Of a stretch of 64,000 bases of DNA, positions 9,772 to 20,400 are shown in pieces (the stretch's first letter is position 1; every line of letters starts with the position of its first letter). The notes below the pieces were generated by a model that did not search any database, was not told where the DNA came from, and was given only the letters and a program-made list of their open reading frames with translations. A program made the translations under genes and the position numbers. Source of the stretch: Anaerohalosphaeraceae bacterium (GTDB lineage: Bacteria; Planctomycetota; Phycisphaerae; Sedimentisphaerales; Anaerohalosphaeraceae); NCBI GenBank assembly GCA_050309605.1, contig JBNRMN010000001.1, forward strand, positions 1 to 64,000. Direction: 5' to 3'.

Positions 9772-10293
9772 TTACATCATAAACGGATCGTAAAAGAACG
9801 GATCCAGCGGCAGGGATTCAATCTCATCCAATGCCTCCGGATAGCTGAACTTCAAGACCGTCGGCTTGGCCAGACGTTTGTAGTCGGCCATGGCCATCCG
9901 AATGGCTCGGTCGTGGCTGCCGGCGCAAAAGACAATCTCCTTGTCTTTGGCAAGGCTTTTGTCCATCAGCGTCGGCAGATTGTACAGCTCGCCGAACGGC
10001 GGCTCGGCCCCAACTTCGGCATCGGCAAACAGCGACTCCATCTCGCTTTCGGTGGCCAGACGCACGTGCCGCACCTCAAGATGCTGCTGAAGCGCATACA
10101 GACTGACCTTGCGGTCGGCCGGCAGGACACACAGATAAAAGCGGTCGTTGTCAGCTCGCACAACCACCGTCTTGGCGACCTGCTGCGGCGGGACGTGCTC
10201 GACGGTCGCCAACTGTCCGGCGGTATAAACCGGTTCATGCTCGCTGACCTGAAACGCACATCCTCGGCCGCTGAGATACTCCTGAACGTTCAT
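9772..10293 (-). CDS. YbaK/EbsC-family aminoacyl-tRNA deacylase
   Basis: VAKTVVV, RLATESE, EVGAEPPFGELY, AGSH motifs. Confidence 0.88.
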   Translation of the reverse strand: MNVQEYLSGRGCAFQVSEHEPVYTAGQLATVEHVPPQQVAKTVVVRADNDRFYLCVLPADRKVSLYALQQHLEVRHVRLATESEMESLFADAEVGAEPPFGELYNLPTLMDKSLAKDKEIVFCAGSHDRAIRMAMADYKRLAKPTVLKFSYPEALDEIESLPLDPFFYDPFMM

Positions 10294-10364
10294 AGACAAA
10301 TCTCCCGTCAGTTAAGTATTTTATAGCCATTTGACCTCCTGCCGCTCAACGCTGCACGCTGTGC

Positions 10365-10586
10365 TTACAGCATATAAGGATACAGCGGGTAACCGTAGGG
10401 CGGCGGGGTCATTCCATTATCCGGTTTTACCAGAAAACTGAGAATCAGCATCAGCGCGACCAATGCCGTGATCACCAGCGCAGCCCAAAACCGTGGATCG
10501 TGGACCAGCCGGCGAAGGTGCAGGCTCAAGGTGTGCCGGTCGGGCCAGTGCCAATGCCGTAAATGAATTCCATGCATCGTCATCAT
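10365..10586 (-). CDS. Small single-pass membrane protein (~73 aa)
   Basis: GAAAGG RBS; His-rich N-terminus, one hydrophobic helix (FWAALVITALVALMLILSFLV), Pro/Tyr-rich tail; same strand and directly upstream of the ybaK-like gene. Confidence 0.6.
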   Translation of the reverse strand: MMTMHGIHLRHWHWPDRHTLSLHLRRLVHDPRFWAALVITALVALMLILSFLVKPDNGMTPPPYGYPLYPYML

Positions 10587-10679
10587 CCGACCTTTCAACT
10601 GAACTGCTTTTCGTAACTCGTATTTTATACTACGTCTGAGAAAAAGGCAAGTTGGTGTTTTCTCCGGGAAAAACAGACA

Positions 10680-10708
10680 TTGCCTGGCAGGACGTTCAAT
10701 GGTATAAT
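10680..10708 (+). promoter_or_regulatory. sigma70-type promoter of tyrS
   Basis: TTGCCT-17 nt-TATAAT with extended -10 TG. Confidence 0.7.
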
Positions 10709-10748
10709 CCGGTCTTTTACTAATGTATATAGTTTTGGATGGACAATT

Positions 10749-11960
10749 ATGACTTTGGAAATTGCCGAACAAGTCAAACTGCTCAAACGCGGCACGGTGG
10801 AGGTGTATCGCGAAGATGAACTGGCCCAGCGACTGACTGAGGCCGCCCAGGCGGGCCGGCCGCTGCGGGCCAAACTCGGAATGGATCCGACCGCGCCGGA
10901 CATTCACCTCGGTCATACCGTCGTTCTTCGCAAGCTGCGTCAGTTTCAGGATTTAGGACACAAGGCCGTGCTGATTATCGGCGACTATACCGCCCGCATC
11001 GGCGATCCGACCGGACAGAACACCACCCGTCCTATGCTTACATCCGAGCAAATCAAGGCTAATGCCCAGACCTATTTCGAGCAGGCCGGTAAGGTGCTGG
11101 ATATGTCCCCGGACAAGGTCGAGGTGCGGTACAACAGCGAATGGCTGGCGGACTTACGGCTGGCCGATGTGATTAAGCTGACCGCCTCAATGACGGTGGC
11201 CCGAATGCTCGAGCGCGACACGTTTGATCTGCGATACAAAAAGGGCGACCCGATTGGAATTCACGAGTTTTTGTATCCGTTAATGCAGGGTCAGGATTCG
11301 GTCGCAATTCAAAGCGATGTGGAGCTGGGCGGTACGGACCAGACCTTTAATAATCTGGTAGGGCGGGACTTGCAGCGTTTGGCTGGTCAGCCGCCGCAGA
11401 TTGTCATTACGATGCCGATTCTCGTCGGGCTGGACGGCGTACAGAAGATGAGCAAATCCAAGGGCAATTACATCGGCGTCACCGATTCGCCCTCGCAGAT
11501 GTTCGGCAAGACCATGAGCATCCCCGATGGGCTGATGGAAAACTACTTTACCTTGCTGACCGATGTGCCGGTTGAGCAGATTAAGACCTGGGTGGACCCG
11601 GCTCAAACCCACCCCAGGCAGGCCAAAGTCATTCTGGGCAAGTTGATTGTCGAGCAGTTTTACGACAAAGAAGCTGCCGAAGCCGCCGCGGCGGAATTTG
11701 ATAAGGTCTTTGCCCAAAACCAGTTGCCTGACCAGATGCCCGAAGTGGCCGTTTCGTCCGCCCCGATTCCCGCGGCCAAGCTGCTGCTGCATTGCGGATT
11801 GGTCCAAACCGGCGGCGAGGCCAAACGCATTATCAAGCAGGGCGGCGTGCGGATCGATAATGTGAAAATCGATGATCCGAGTCGTGAAGTGAACCCTCAG
11901 GACGGGATGGTCGTACAGGTAGGCAAGCGCAAGTTTGCGAAATTAAAGTTGACAGTGTAA
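10749..11960 (+). CDS. tyrS: Tyrosine--tRNA ligase
   Basis: GMDPTAPDIHLGH (HIGH-type), ELGGTDQTFN, KMSKS, C-terminal S4 domain. Confidence 0.97.
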   Translation: MTLEIAEQVKLLKRGTVEVYREDELAQRLTEAAQAGRPLRAKLGMDPTAPDIHLGHTVVLRKLRQFQDLGHKAVLIIGDYTARIGDPTGQNTTRPMLTSEQIKANAQTYFEQAGKVLDMSPDKVEVRYNSEWLADLRLADVIKLTASMTVARMLERDTFDLRYKKGDPIGIHEFLYPLMQGQDSVAIQSDVELGGTDQTFNNLVGRDLQRLAGQPPQIVITMPILVGLDGVQKMSKSKGNYIGVTDSPSQMFGKTMSIPDGLMENYFTLLTDVPVEQIKTWVDPAQTHPRQAKVILGKLIVEQFYDKEAAEAAAAEFDKVFAQNQLPDQMPEVAVSSAPIPAAKLLLHCGLVQTGGEAKRIIKQGGVRIDNVKIDDPSREVNPQDGMVVQVGKRKFAKLKLTV

Positions 11961-12029
11961 CAACAGAATCAGAAGATCTGGTTTTTGCTTTAACCTGGGA
12001 AACTCGCGGTTCAATAAAATGGAGAAATT

Positions 12030-12608
12030 ATGATATTTCCGGACATCAAGGAGCCGGATCGCTATGTGGGGTTATATGCGGTGGATTTCGGCGACCACAG
12101 CCAAGCGGGATTGACCGCTGAGCAGGTGGCCGAGTTGCTCGATAGCGATGCCTCAGCCGATCTTCGCATTTACAAGATTTACAAGGCGTATCCGGATGGT
12201 CGGCTGGAACTGACGGGCGTGCGTCGCGAGGTCTTCCAGATGGAAGCCGGGATGTTTTTTTACGCGCGGCAGGAACAAGCCGCCCGCGAGGATTTTGACC
12301 GCTTGTGTCGGATGGCCGAGGCGTCTTTGCCGCCGGGACGGGCCAAAGTTCACCTGGCGTCCGATAACAACGGCGGTTTCGTTACGGCATTGATTTATCC
12401 GGCCGAATATGATGATCAGTTCAGCCGCTGGCTTCTGGACGTCGGCTATCGCACTCACGGTGTAGTCGAGGCGGGTGTCGATGCCGTGAACCGATATTAC
12501 GACCAGGCGTGGCACATCGTCCAGAGAAAGCAGCTTTGGGCATCCGACGCTGTGAGATTGTTAAACAGTTCAGCGACAGAAAAGGCCGTCCGAAAGGTAG
12601 GAAGGTGA
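12030..12608 (+). CDS. Hypothetical protein
   Basis: 192-aa ORF with GGAG RBS and host-like codon use; no family recognised. Confidence 0.75.
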   Translation: MIFPDIKEPDRYVGLYAVDFGDHSQAGLTAEQVAELLDSDASADLRIYKIYKAYPDGRLELTGVRREVFQMEAGMFFYARQEQAAREDFDRLCRMAEASLPPGRAKVHLASDNNGGFVTALIYPAEYDDQFSRWLLDVGYRTHGVVEAGVDAVNRYYDQAWHIVQRKQLWASDAVRLLNSSATEKAVRKVGR

Positions 12609-12876
12609 CAAAAAGCAATCTCAAAAAACGGCGTCATTTGGGCTTTCTGGCGGGCGCAATTTTGATGATACCATTAAAAAAAGCCCCCGAAAATCCACTT
12701 CAAGAGCCAGATTTTCGAATTAGTGCAAAAAAAATCGGGATACGATTTGGTGAGAATGTACGGCGTTTTTGGCGTAAAAATTGGGTTTTTTTGAGGCGTT
12801 AACAAAACAGATAAGGTTTTTCCTGAGTGCAGTAGGTAAAAATACGGATAATTTTCTTATCTTGCCTATTTTTTAC

Positions 12877-12905
12877 TTGCATTCAAATAGGGAGTGGAAT
12901 ATACT
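12877..12905 (+). promoter_or_regulatory. sigma70-type promoter in a long AT-rich intergenic region
   Basis: TTGCAT-17 nt-TATACT. Confidence 0.55.
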
Positions 12906-13087
12906 AATCTTTAGTAGGTCGCTGTGATAACTTGAGTAACGAGAATTTACAGCAGATCCGGAAAAATAGAGAAGCAGAACTTTTTGTGATTTTTTTCGTA
13001 GTAACTATTGACAGATAATTAAAATTTTATTAAAGAGTTAATGGCGTTAACGCCGAACTATATAACGCAAGAGTTTTCTCCCCTCCG

Positions 13088-13129
13088 GAAAACATCACGG
13101 AACGCACGTTTCGTGATGTTTTCTTTTTT
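13088..13129 (+). terminator. Intrinsic terminator
   Basis: 16-bp stem GAAAACATCACGGAAC / GTTTCGTGATGTTTTC (one G-U), 4-nt loop, T-tract. Confidence 0.8.
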
Positions 13130-13201
13130 GTCTCCTCCCGGTTTAGGTATAATACCCTCCACGCGTATGCCTTGAGTTTTTTGGACAATCAGGAGTTTTT
13201 T

Positions 13202-14065
13202 ATGGCCTTATATGTCAACGGAGAAGCAGTTGACCCAAATCGCATAGAGCAGGAAAAAGAGCGGATGCGTCCGAGTTATGAGCAGGCGTTTGCCGACGAA
13301 CCTGTCCAACAGCGGCAGCAGCGTCTTGAAGAGTGGGCGCGTGAAAATGTGATCGAACAGGTCTTGTTTCGTCAGGCAGCCCGTCGGGAATGTCCTGAGA
13401 TTGCCCGGTCCGATATTGAAGATTTTCTGAATCGTCTTTTGGAGCAGGAAAACGAAGACGGCCCGCTGCACCAGCGATGTGCCGGCGGCGATGCGGAGCG
13501 GCAAAAGGTCCGCCGGGAAGCGGCCGAGCAGATTCGTTCTGAAACATTGCTCAAGCGGATATGCAAAGAGGTCGGCGAGCCGAAAGAGAAAGACATTCGC
13601 CGCTATTATCAGCGGAATATCGAACGGTTCAGCGTGCCGGAAATGGTCCGGGCCGCCCACATCGTCAAGCATCCCGACCCGCAGGTTCCGAGCGAACAGC
13701 AAAAGCAGCGGATGGACGAGTTGCTGGGGCGTATCGAGAACGGAGAGGATTTCGCCGTGCTGGCCGATGAACACTCAGCCTGTCCGGGCAACGGCGGCGA
13801 TCTGGGGTATTTTTCACGCGGCCAGATGGTGCCTTCTTTTGAGCAGGTGGTTTTCGATTTACAGCCCGGTCAGACCAGCGGGGTCTTTTCCACCGAATTC
13901 GGCTGGCATATCGCCAAGGTACTCGACCGCAAACCGGCGATGCCCTGCCCGCTTGAGCAGGTGCGGCAGGTCATAGTCAACGAGCTGACCCAGCAGGCCC
14001 GCGACAAGGCCTTGGAGCGGTTTTTAGACGCAGAACGCCAAAAGGCCGTCGTCGAAGAACGATAA
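13202..14065 (+). CDS. Parvulin-type peptidyl-prolyl cis-trans isomerase (PpiC/PrsA-like)
   Basis: VRAAHIV, FAVLADEHSAC, GGDLGYF, MVPSFE, TEFGWHI. Confidence 0.92.
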   Translation: MALYVNGEAVDPNRIEQEKERMRPSYEQAFADEPVQQRQQRLEEWARENVIEQVLFRQAARRECPEIARSDIEDFLNRLLEQENEDGPLHQRCAGGDAERQKVRREAAEQIRSETLLKRICKEVGEPKEKDIRRYYQRNIERFSVPEMVRAAHIVKHPDPQVPSEQQKQRMDELLGRIENGEDFAVLADEHSACPGNGGDLGYFSRGQMVPSFEQVVFDLQPGQTSGVFSTEFGWHIAKVLDRKPAMPCPLEQVRQVIVNELTQQARDKALERFLDAERQKAVVEER

Positions 14066-14182
14066 TCTGTTGACCCTGTACAGACGTTTTGATATAAAAC
14101 AGGGTGTGCGGTGCGGTGGAATGACCCGCCGTGATGTGAAATGGAAACCATGGTGTTTTTGAAAACGGTCAGGAGTCGATCA

Positions 14183-15148
14183 ATGTATTTAATTCGGATG
14201 TTTCTTCTTGCGGCCTTTTGCGCAGTGCTTTTGGGGGGTCCCGTTTTTGCAGAGGACAACGAGCCGGAACCTTCAGTCTATGTGTTCAGCTATTTTCGCG
14301 GCAACGGCGAAACCGGTCTTCATCTGGCCTATAGTTATGACGGCCTGAAATGGACCGCGCTGAAAAACGATCAGTCTTTTCTCACGCCCGAAATCGGCAG
14401 CAAGCTGATGCGCGACCCAAGCATTGTACAAGGCCCCGACGGAACATTTCATATGGTCTGGACGACCGGCTGGTGGGACAACGGTATCGGTATCGCCCAT
14501 TCCAAAGACCTGATCAACTGGTCCGAACAGACGTTTCTTGCGGTGATGGAACACGAACCGACGGCCAAGAACTGCTGGGCGCCGGAGATTTATTATGACG
14601 CCAAAACCAAAACGTATCTGATTTGCTGGGCGACGACGATTCCGGGGCGTTTTCCGCAAACCGAACACCCCAGCGACGACAACAACCACCGGATGTACTA
14701 CGTTGCCACCAAAGATTTTAAGACCTATACCGATACGGCCCTGTTCTACGAACCCGGTTTTAACGTCATCGACACCTTCATCATCCGCGACGATAAAAAC
14801 GATCGGTACGCGATGTTCCTGAAGAACGAAACCAAGTATCCCCAGGCCGAGAAAAACATTCGAGTGGCGTTTGCCGAGAAGGCCGCCGGCCCTTACGGCC
14901 CGGCCTCTGAACCGATCACCGGCGACTATTGGGCCGAAGGCCCGGCTGCGCTGAAGGTCGGCGACCGCTGGATCGTCTATTTCGATAAATACACCCAGGG
15001 GCGATATGGCGCCGTCGCCTCGACCGATCTGGAAAAGTGGGAAGATATTTCCGACAAGGTCGAGTTTCCTCGCGGCACGCGGCACGGGACCGCCTTTGCC
15101 GTTGCCCCGTCGGTTCTGGAAAAACTCAAACTCGTCCGACCTGATTAA
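14183..15148 (+). CDS. Secreted GH43-like five-bladed beta-propeller glycoside hydrolase
   Basis: Signal peptide; GLHLAYSYDG, MRDPSI, CWAPE, VIDTFI, AEGP, RHGT. Confidence 0.88.
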   Translation: MYLIRMFLLAAFCAVLLGGPVFAEDNEPEPSVYVFSYFRGNGETGLHLAYSYDGLKWTALKNDQSFLTPEIGSKLMRDPSIVQGPDGTFHMVWTTGWWDNGIGIAHSKDLINWSEQTFLAVMEHEPTAKNCWAPEIYYDAKTKTYLICWATTIPGRFPQTEHPSDDNNHRMYYVATKDFKTYTDTALFYEPGFNVIDTFIIRDDKNDRYAMFLKNETKYPQAEKNIRVAFAEKAAGPYGPASEPITGDYWAEGPAALKVGDRWIVYFDKYTQGRYGAVASTDLEKWEDISDKVEFPRGTRHGTAFAVAPSVLEKLKLVRPD

Positions 15149-15181
15149 CACATGCTGTCCTCGATGATGGATTAAAATGAA

Positions 15182-17161
15182 ATGGCGCATTTGGCTTGGC
15201 TATGGCGTTGTGTCTATGTGGCGGCGATGGCCGGCGGCTTTGTCATGGCAGCGGCCACCGGGCAAGAGGACTTTGAATCGCGGCGGAGTGATTACTTTCG
15301 TATTCAGGTTGTGGACGAGCAAACCGGCCGCGGCGTCCCGCTGGTGACCCTCACAACAACCGGCCATCTACGTTATGTGACCGACAGCAACGGGATTGTC
15401 GCATTCTATGAACCGGGACTAATGGACACAACCGTCTATTTTCATCTCAGCAGTCCCGGCTATGAGTACCCTGCGGACGGCTTTGGCTACCGCGGCAAGG
15501 CGATTCGCATTGAGCCGGGCGGACGGGAGACGTTGCGGCTCAAGCGCCTGAACATCGCCGAACGGCTGTATCGTGTAACAGGGCAGGGCATCTATCGCGA
15601 TAGTCTATTGACCAGCTACCCCGCTCCTTTGAAAAATCCCGTTCTGAACGCTCAGGTAGTCGGCCAGGATACGGTGTTTACCACTCTCTATCGCGACCGA
15701 CTGTATTGGTTCTGGGGCGATACGGCCCGCCCGGCGTATCCCCTGGGTCATTTTGCCACGGCCGGGGCGACCTCGCTTTTGCCCGGACAAGGCGGGCTGG
15801 ACCCCGACCGTGGAGTCGATCTGACTTATTTTACCGATGCGTCGGGATTCAGCCGACCGATGGCGCCGCTCTCGGAGCCGGGAATGGTGTGGATTCAGGG
15901 TGTGCTGACCGCTGAGGATCCGACGGGCAAGACGCGGATGCTGTGTCAATACACCCGGCTGGCGAGTCTGACCGAGCCGACAGAACGCGGTTTGATGGTC
16001 TTTAATGATCAAACCGAACAGTTCGAACCGATCCGCCGCAGCGACCCGGATTTTCTGCTGTTTGACGATGTGGGGCATCCGTTGACCGTTGACCGGGCCG
16101 GTCAAGCGTATGTCTATTTTGCCACGCCTTTTCCGCTGGGGGTCCGGCTGCGCGTCAAGCAGGACTGGGCCTTTCTGGCCGATCCGAATCGTTATGAAGT
16201 CTATACCGCGCTGCATTCGTCGGATGCGCAATTTCGGTGGATTGACTGTGAGCGTTTATTGGCTCTGGCCGGCGGCGAAAAAAGGGATTTGATCGAAAAA
16301 CTCAAACAGGAAAAAAACGCCACATGCAGACTGTGGGATATCAATACCGCCGAGCCGGTTAGTCCGCACAACGGCACGGTGTATTGGAACGAGTATAGTC
16401 AACAATGGATCATGATTGCGGTTCAGCAGGGCGGATCGACGTCGTATCTGGGCGAAGTGTGGTACGCCAGGGCTGACACACCCGTCGGGCCGTGGCAGTA
16501 TGCACGCAAGATTGTTACGCACAATGCCTATTCATTTTACAATCCCAAGCACCACCCCTTGTTTGATCAGGACGACGGTCGATTGATTTATTTTGAAGGC
16601 ACGTACAGCCATACCTTTTCCGGTCAAGCCGAGCAGGCCACGCCGCGCTATGATTACAATCAGATGATGTATCGGCTGGATCTGTCCGATCCGCGGCTGG
16701 CGCTGCCGTCGGCGATTTATTGCATTCGGACGGGGCAGGATCGCGTCTGCTATCGTCCTTGGCAGCGGGTCGATGGCAAAACAGCGGATGAGGCGATTGA
16801 AGCGGCGGCGTTTTATGCCCTAACCGATTCAAATGCGGCAACAGACGGTATTGCTGTTTATGAGCACGTCAGCCAAGATGAACAATGCGTCTTGACCCTG
16901 AGTCGTCCTTCGCCCTCGGCCGAACCTGTGTTTTACGGGCTGAGCGGTGAGCCCAAAGACGGGACAGGGCAGACCGTCATGCTGCGGGAGTATCGCCATC
17001 GCACAACCGGCGCTGTTCGTTACGCCGCCGAGCCGAAGGATGCGACGGACTGGATTGAGACCGAAAAGTCGCTCTGCCGTGTCTGGCCGAATCGTTCGAA
17101 GGCGTTGACCATCGACCGCTCAGCACGCCCGAATCGCATTCAGGACACAACGATACCCTGA
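15182..17161 (+). CDS. Secreted hypothetical protein (probable beta-propeller)
   Basis: Signal peptide; YWFWGDT and FYNPKHHP motifs; 659 aa, directly after the GH43-like gene. Confidence 0.7.
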   Translation: MAHLAWLWRCVYVAAMAGGFVMAAATGQEDFESRRSDYFRIQVVDEQTGRGVPLVTLTTTGHLRYVTDSNGIVAFYEPGLMDTTVYFHLSSPGYEYPADGFGYRGKAIRIEPGGRETLRLKRLNIAERLYRVTGQGIYRDSLLTSYPAPLKNPVLNAQVVGQDTVFTTLYRDRLYWFWGDTARPAYPLGHFATAGATSLLPGQGGLDPDRGVDLTYFTDASGFSRPMAPLSEPGMVWIQGVLTAEDPTGKTRMLCQYTRLASLTEPTERGLMVFNDQTEQFEPIRRSDPDFLLFDDVGHPLTVDRAGQAYVYFATPFPLGVRLRVKQDWAFLADPNRYEVYTALHSSDAQFRWIDCERLLALAGGEKRDLIEKLKQEKNATCRLWDINTAEPVSPHNGTVYWNEYSQQWIMIAVQQGGSTSYLGEVWYARADTPVGPWQYARKIVTHNAYSFYNPKHHPLFDQDDGRLIYFEGTYSHTFSGQAEQATPRYDYNQMMYRLDLSDPRLALPSAIYCIRTGQDRVCYRPWQRVDGKTADEAIEAAAFYALTDSNAATDGIAVYEHVSQDEQCVLTLSRPSPSAEPVFYGLSGEPKDGTGQTVMLREYRHRTTGAVRYAAEPKDATDWIETEKSLCRVWPNRSKALTIDRSARPNRIQDTTIP

Positions 17162-17212
17162 TCGTGAACTGAAGGTCGGATCAACCGGAAAGCGATCGCC
17201 CTGCAAGAGCGA

Positions 17213-17296
17213 TGCGGATGAGAGGAGTCGAACCTCCACGGGCTAATGCCCACAGGCACCTGAAGCCTGCGCGTCTGCCAATTCCGCCACATCCGC
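17213..17296 (-). tRNA. tRNA-Leu(CAG)
   Basis: Reverse complement GCGGATGTGGCGGAATTGGCAGACGCGCAGGCTTCAGGTGCCTGT…GGAGGTTCGACTCCTCTCATCCGCA; long variable arm; CCA not encoded. Confidence 0.97.
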
Positions 17297-17400
17297 GAAA
17301 ACACACATCATAAGTTCGTTTCGCGAGTCGTCAAGCATTTTTTATCGAATTTTTGGACGAGTGGCGGTAGCGGGAACGGAAATTTCTATGTCAATACAGG

Positions 17401-20400
17401 TTATTTTGTATCTGTTTTTATCTTGGTGCGCATGCACATTTGCACCATTTCGTCAATCTGAGCCTGGATCTTATCGATGTCGCGCTGGCGTATGGATTCT
17501 TCGAGACGGGCGGCCTTTTCGGTATAAACGGCAAATCCGGCAAATCCGCCCAACCCCTTCAAGGCGTGTATTTTTTCGGCCAATTCATCGAAGTCGTTCT
17601 TATCCAGGGCGTCGCGCATCTGTTCAATGCGGCCGGGCAGATTGCTCACAAAGGTCTCGATGGTTTTATGATAATCCGGATCGCCGTCGAGAAACGAGGT
17701 GATCTCCAGTCCCTTCTCGGCATCCTGAATCTGTTGTTTTTTGGCCACACAGCGCCGCACCTTTTGCTCCAGCAGACGGCGATTGATCGGCTTGTTCAGC
17801 CGGTCGTCGCAGCCGGCCTCAAGTGCGGCCAGTTCATCGTCTTGTTGATCGGAGGCGGTCATCGCGATGATCGTCGTGCCGGTATTGAGGCTGTCGGCGC
17901 GAATGTGCCGGGTTGCGTCCAGGCCGTTCATGCCGGGCATCTGAATATCCATCAAAATCAGATCAAATACGTTCTGCCGGCACAACGAGACCGCTTCACG
18001 ACCGTCGGCGCAGAGCACCGGCGTATAACCCAGACGGGAAAGAATGATTTCAAGCAGGGCCAGATTTTCCGGAACATCATCCACGATGAGGATGCGGGCA
18101 GATACATCCTCCCGTTCGGAATCGACGATTCGATCATTTTCCTGCATAGTCGTATTCTCCTGGTTATCAATGGACTGCGGGGAATGTGCGGGTGCATCCG
18201 GCGATGCGTCGGTGTCGCACAAGACAGGCTCGACCGGCAGATCAAAACGATAGCAAGTCCGTGCTGAATGCTGCTCGACCTGAAGCGTTGAGCCGATCTG
18301 TCTGAGCAGTCGTGCGGCAATTCGCAAGCCGAGCACCTGATCGCGCGAGGGACAATTCTCGTACCATTTGGGAAGGGGACAATCCGGATCGAAGGGGCCA
18401 ACAGTCGTGACCCCCGGCGGCAAAAGGCCGGCGTGTTGTAGGGTGAATTGAATATTATTTTTACAAGTATCGGTTGGCGCATATTCAATCTGCATTGAAA
18501 CGGTTTGATCAGTGGCGGACCGTACGGCCAGATCAAGAAGGACGGTCAGAATCTCGGTCAGTCGTTGACGCGGCCCTTCAAACCGGTCCGGACAGAGTTT
18601 GCCGATGGTAATGTTCATTTGTTCGTCCGCCGTTTCATCACGTCGAACGATTTGCCGCCGCAGCGTTTCGACCAGCTCAGCCGTATCGATCGGTTCGGGC
18701 GGCTGGTGTGATACGTCAGTCGGTTCTTCCGGCACGGAATCGAAACAGGCAAATTTTTCACGCCACGCATCAATTTTGAATTTCAATGCTTTGATTTGCG
18801 CGGTGTTTTCGGGCGTTGCGTTTTGTGCTGTTTGCGTCAGCTCGTCCAACTGGCGCCGCAGGTCGCCGAGGAGGCGACGATGGCGATAGAGGAGGTGTTC
18901 GAGATATTCTTCGGATTGTTTCACGCGACTGACATCGGTCAGCAGGGCCAACATCCCGCTGAGTTTGCCGTTTTCATAAATCGGCTGGGCGGTCGTCCAA
19001 AAGCAATCGCCGCCCCGTCGAAGATAGAATCCCTGCGCGTGGTCGCCGGTCGTCTCGGCAAAGCGCTGCATCGTTTGTTCAAACATGTCAGGCGGCTTCA
19101 GGTCAAGCAGATCGGCGACTTTTCGCACGTCCGGCGGCGGCTCCATTCCAAACTGGTTCCAGAAGGCGGTATTGGCATGGAGCATATACCCCTGACGATT
19201 GATCAGCATTGCCGATGTCGGCAGGGACTCGGTAACACAGCGGCTCCGCAGCGACGTGCAGAAGCTGCGTTGCTTCGCGGTTTTCAGCAGGTCTTCATTC
19301 AGCAGGCTGCCCAGCAATCCAAAGACCTGGCCCGACTTGTCTTTAACGGGGATTTTGGAGACCAGATAATTTCTGTAATAATTGCTTTTGCCGTAGGTTT
19401 GCGGCAGAAACAGCAGCTCAATATCTTTGTTCATTACCTCCATATCCAGAGGCAGTCCCTCCTGCTGCTGTTCGAACATCTCCGTGCGGATCGGAACCGC
19501 GCCGTTGTTCATCGGTTTGCATCCGGCGATATGTGCATATTCGGAGTTGTAGCCGATCAGACGGCCTTCGCTGTCCTTCCAGTACAGCCCCATCGGCACG
19601 GCATTGAGGATTGCTCGGTAAAGGGTGATCTGCCGTTCAAGCTGCTGTTGATTCTGTCGGCTCTGTTCGGACACGTGGTGCAGCTCCTGGGTCGCTTGTC
19701 CGAGCGCGGTTTGCTGCTCGAGCACAATCCGTCTGCGTGCGCTGCGGTAATACAGCAGCCAAATCAGAAACACCGCCAAAAACAGACACACCATACCCAA
19801 TTGAATTCCCCGAGCATGTTCGGCAACGGCTTTTTTGATGGTGCGGTCGGACTGAATGACCGCGATGGACCACGGGGCATCGAATCCTTCCAGCGGCCAC
19901 TGCCCGACCAGATAATGAGCGTTTGCTGCTGCATTCCCGCTGTCGCTACGGAGTATCCCGACGCCGCCGCATCGCTGACGAATGTCGGCAAACAGAAACG
20001 GTCCCTGCATGTGCGGCGGCAGAGTCTGTGCGGGCTGCGCCTCATTCCGGTCGTACCGGGCGGTCAGAACGTCCCCCCGGCCGCTGACCAGACAGGTTTG
20101 CATATCCTGAGCCGCTGCGGTCGTATTCAGCCGCGAGAGCAGGTCGTCAGCCGAGAGCCGAAGGGCCAGCGCCCCCGTCAATGTGGTTCCTTCGGAAAGA
20201 GGATAGAACAGGATCAGGCACGGCGGCTCGGAGCGGGTGTCCATCTCCAGATAGACCGAATCCAGCGCCGCACCATCCTGACCATAGATGGCCGTCGGCG
20301 GCTGATACAATGGGAGGTCAGCGGACGGGCGGCCGAAATGGGCTGTCACGTTGCCTTGCGGATCGAGGCGATCAAAAGACAGCACCGCCGAATCCAGCAG

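Noticed and set aside
12609..13171. Possible replication origin (long AT-rich gap)
   Set aside because: No cluster of DnaA boxes and no dnaA/dnaN context; promoter plus terminator explains it better
17213..17296. tRNA-Leu as an integration site for a prophage or island
   Set aside because: No integrase and no duplicated tRNA 3' end noticed in the window
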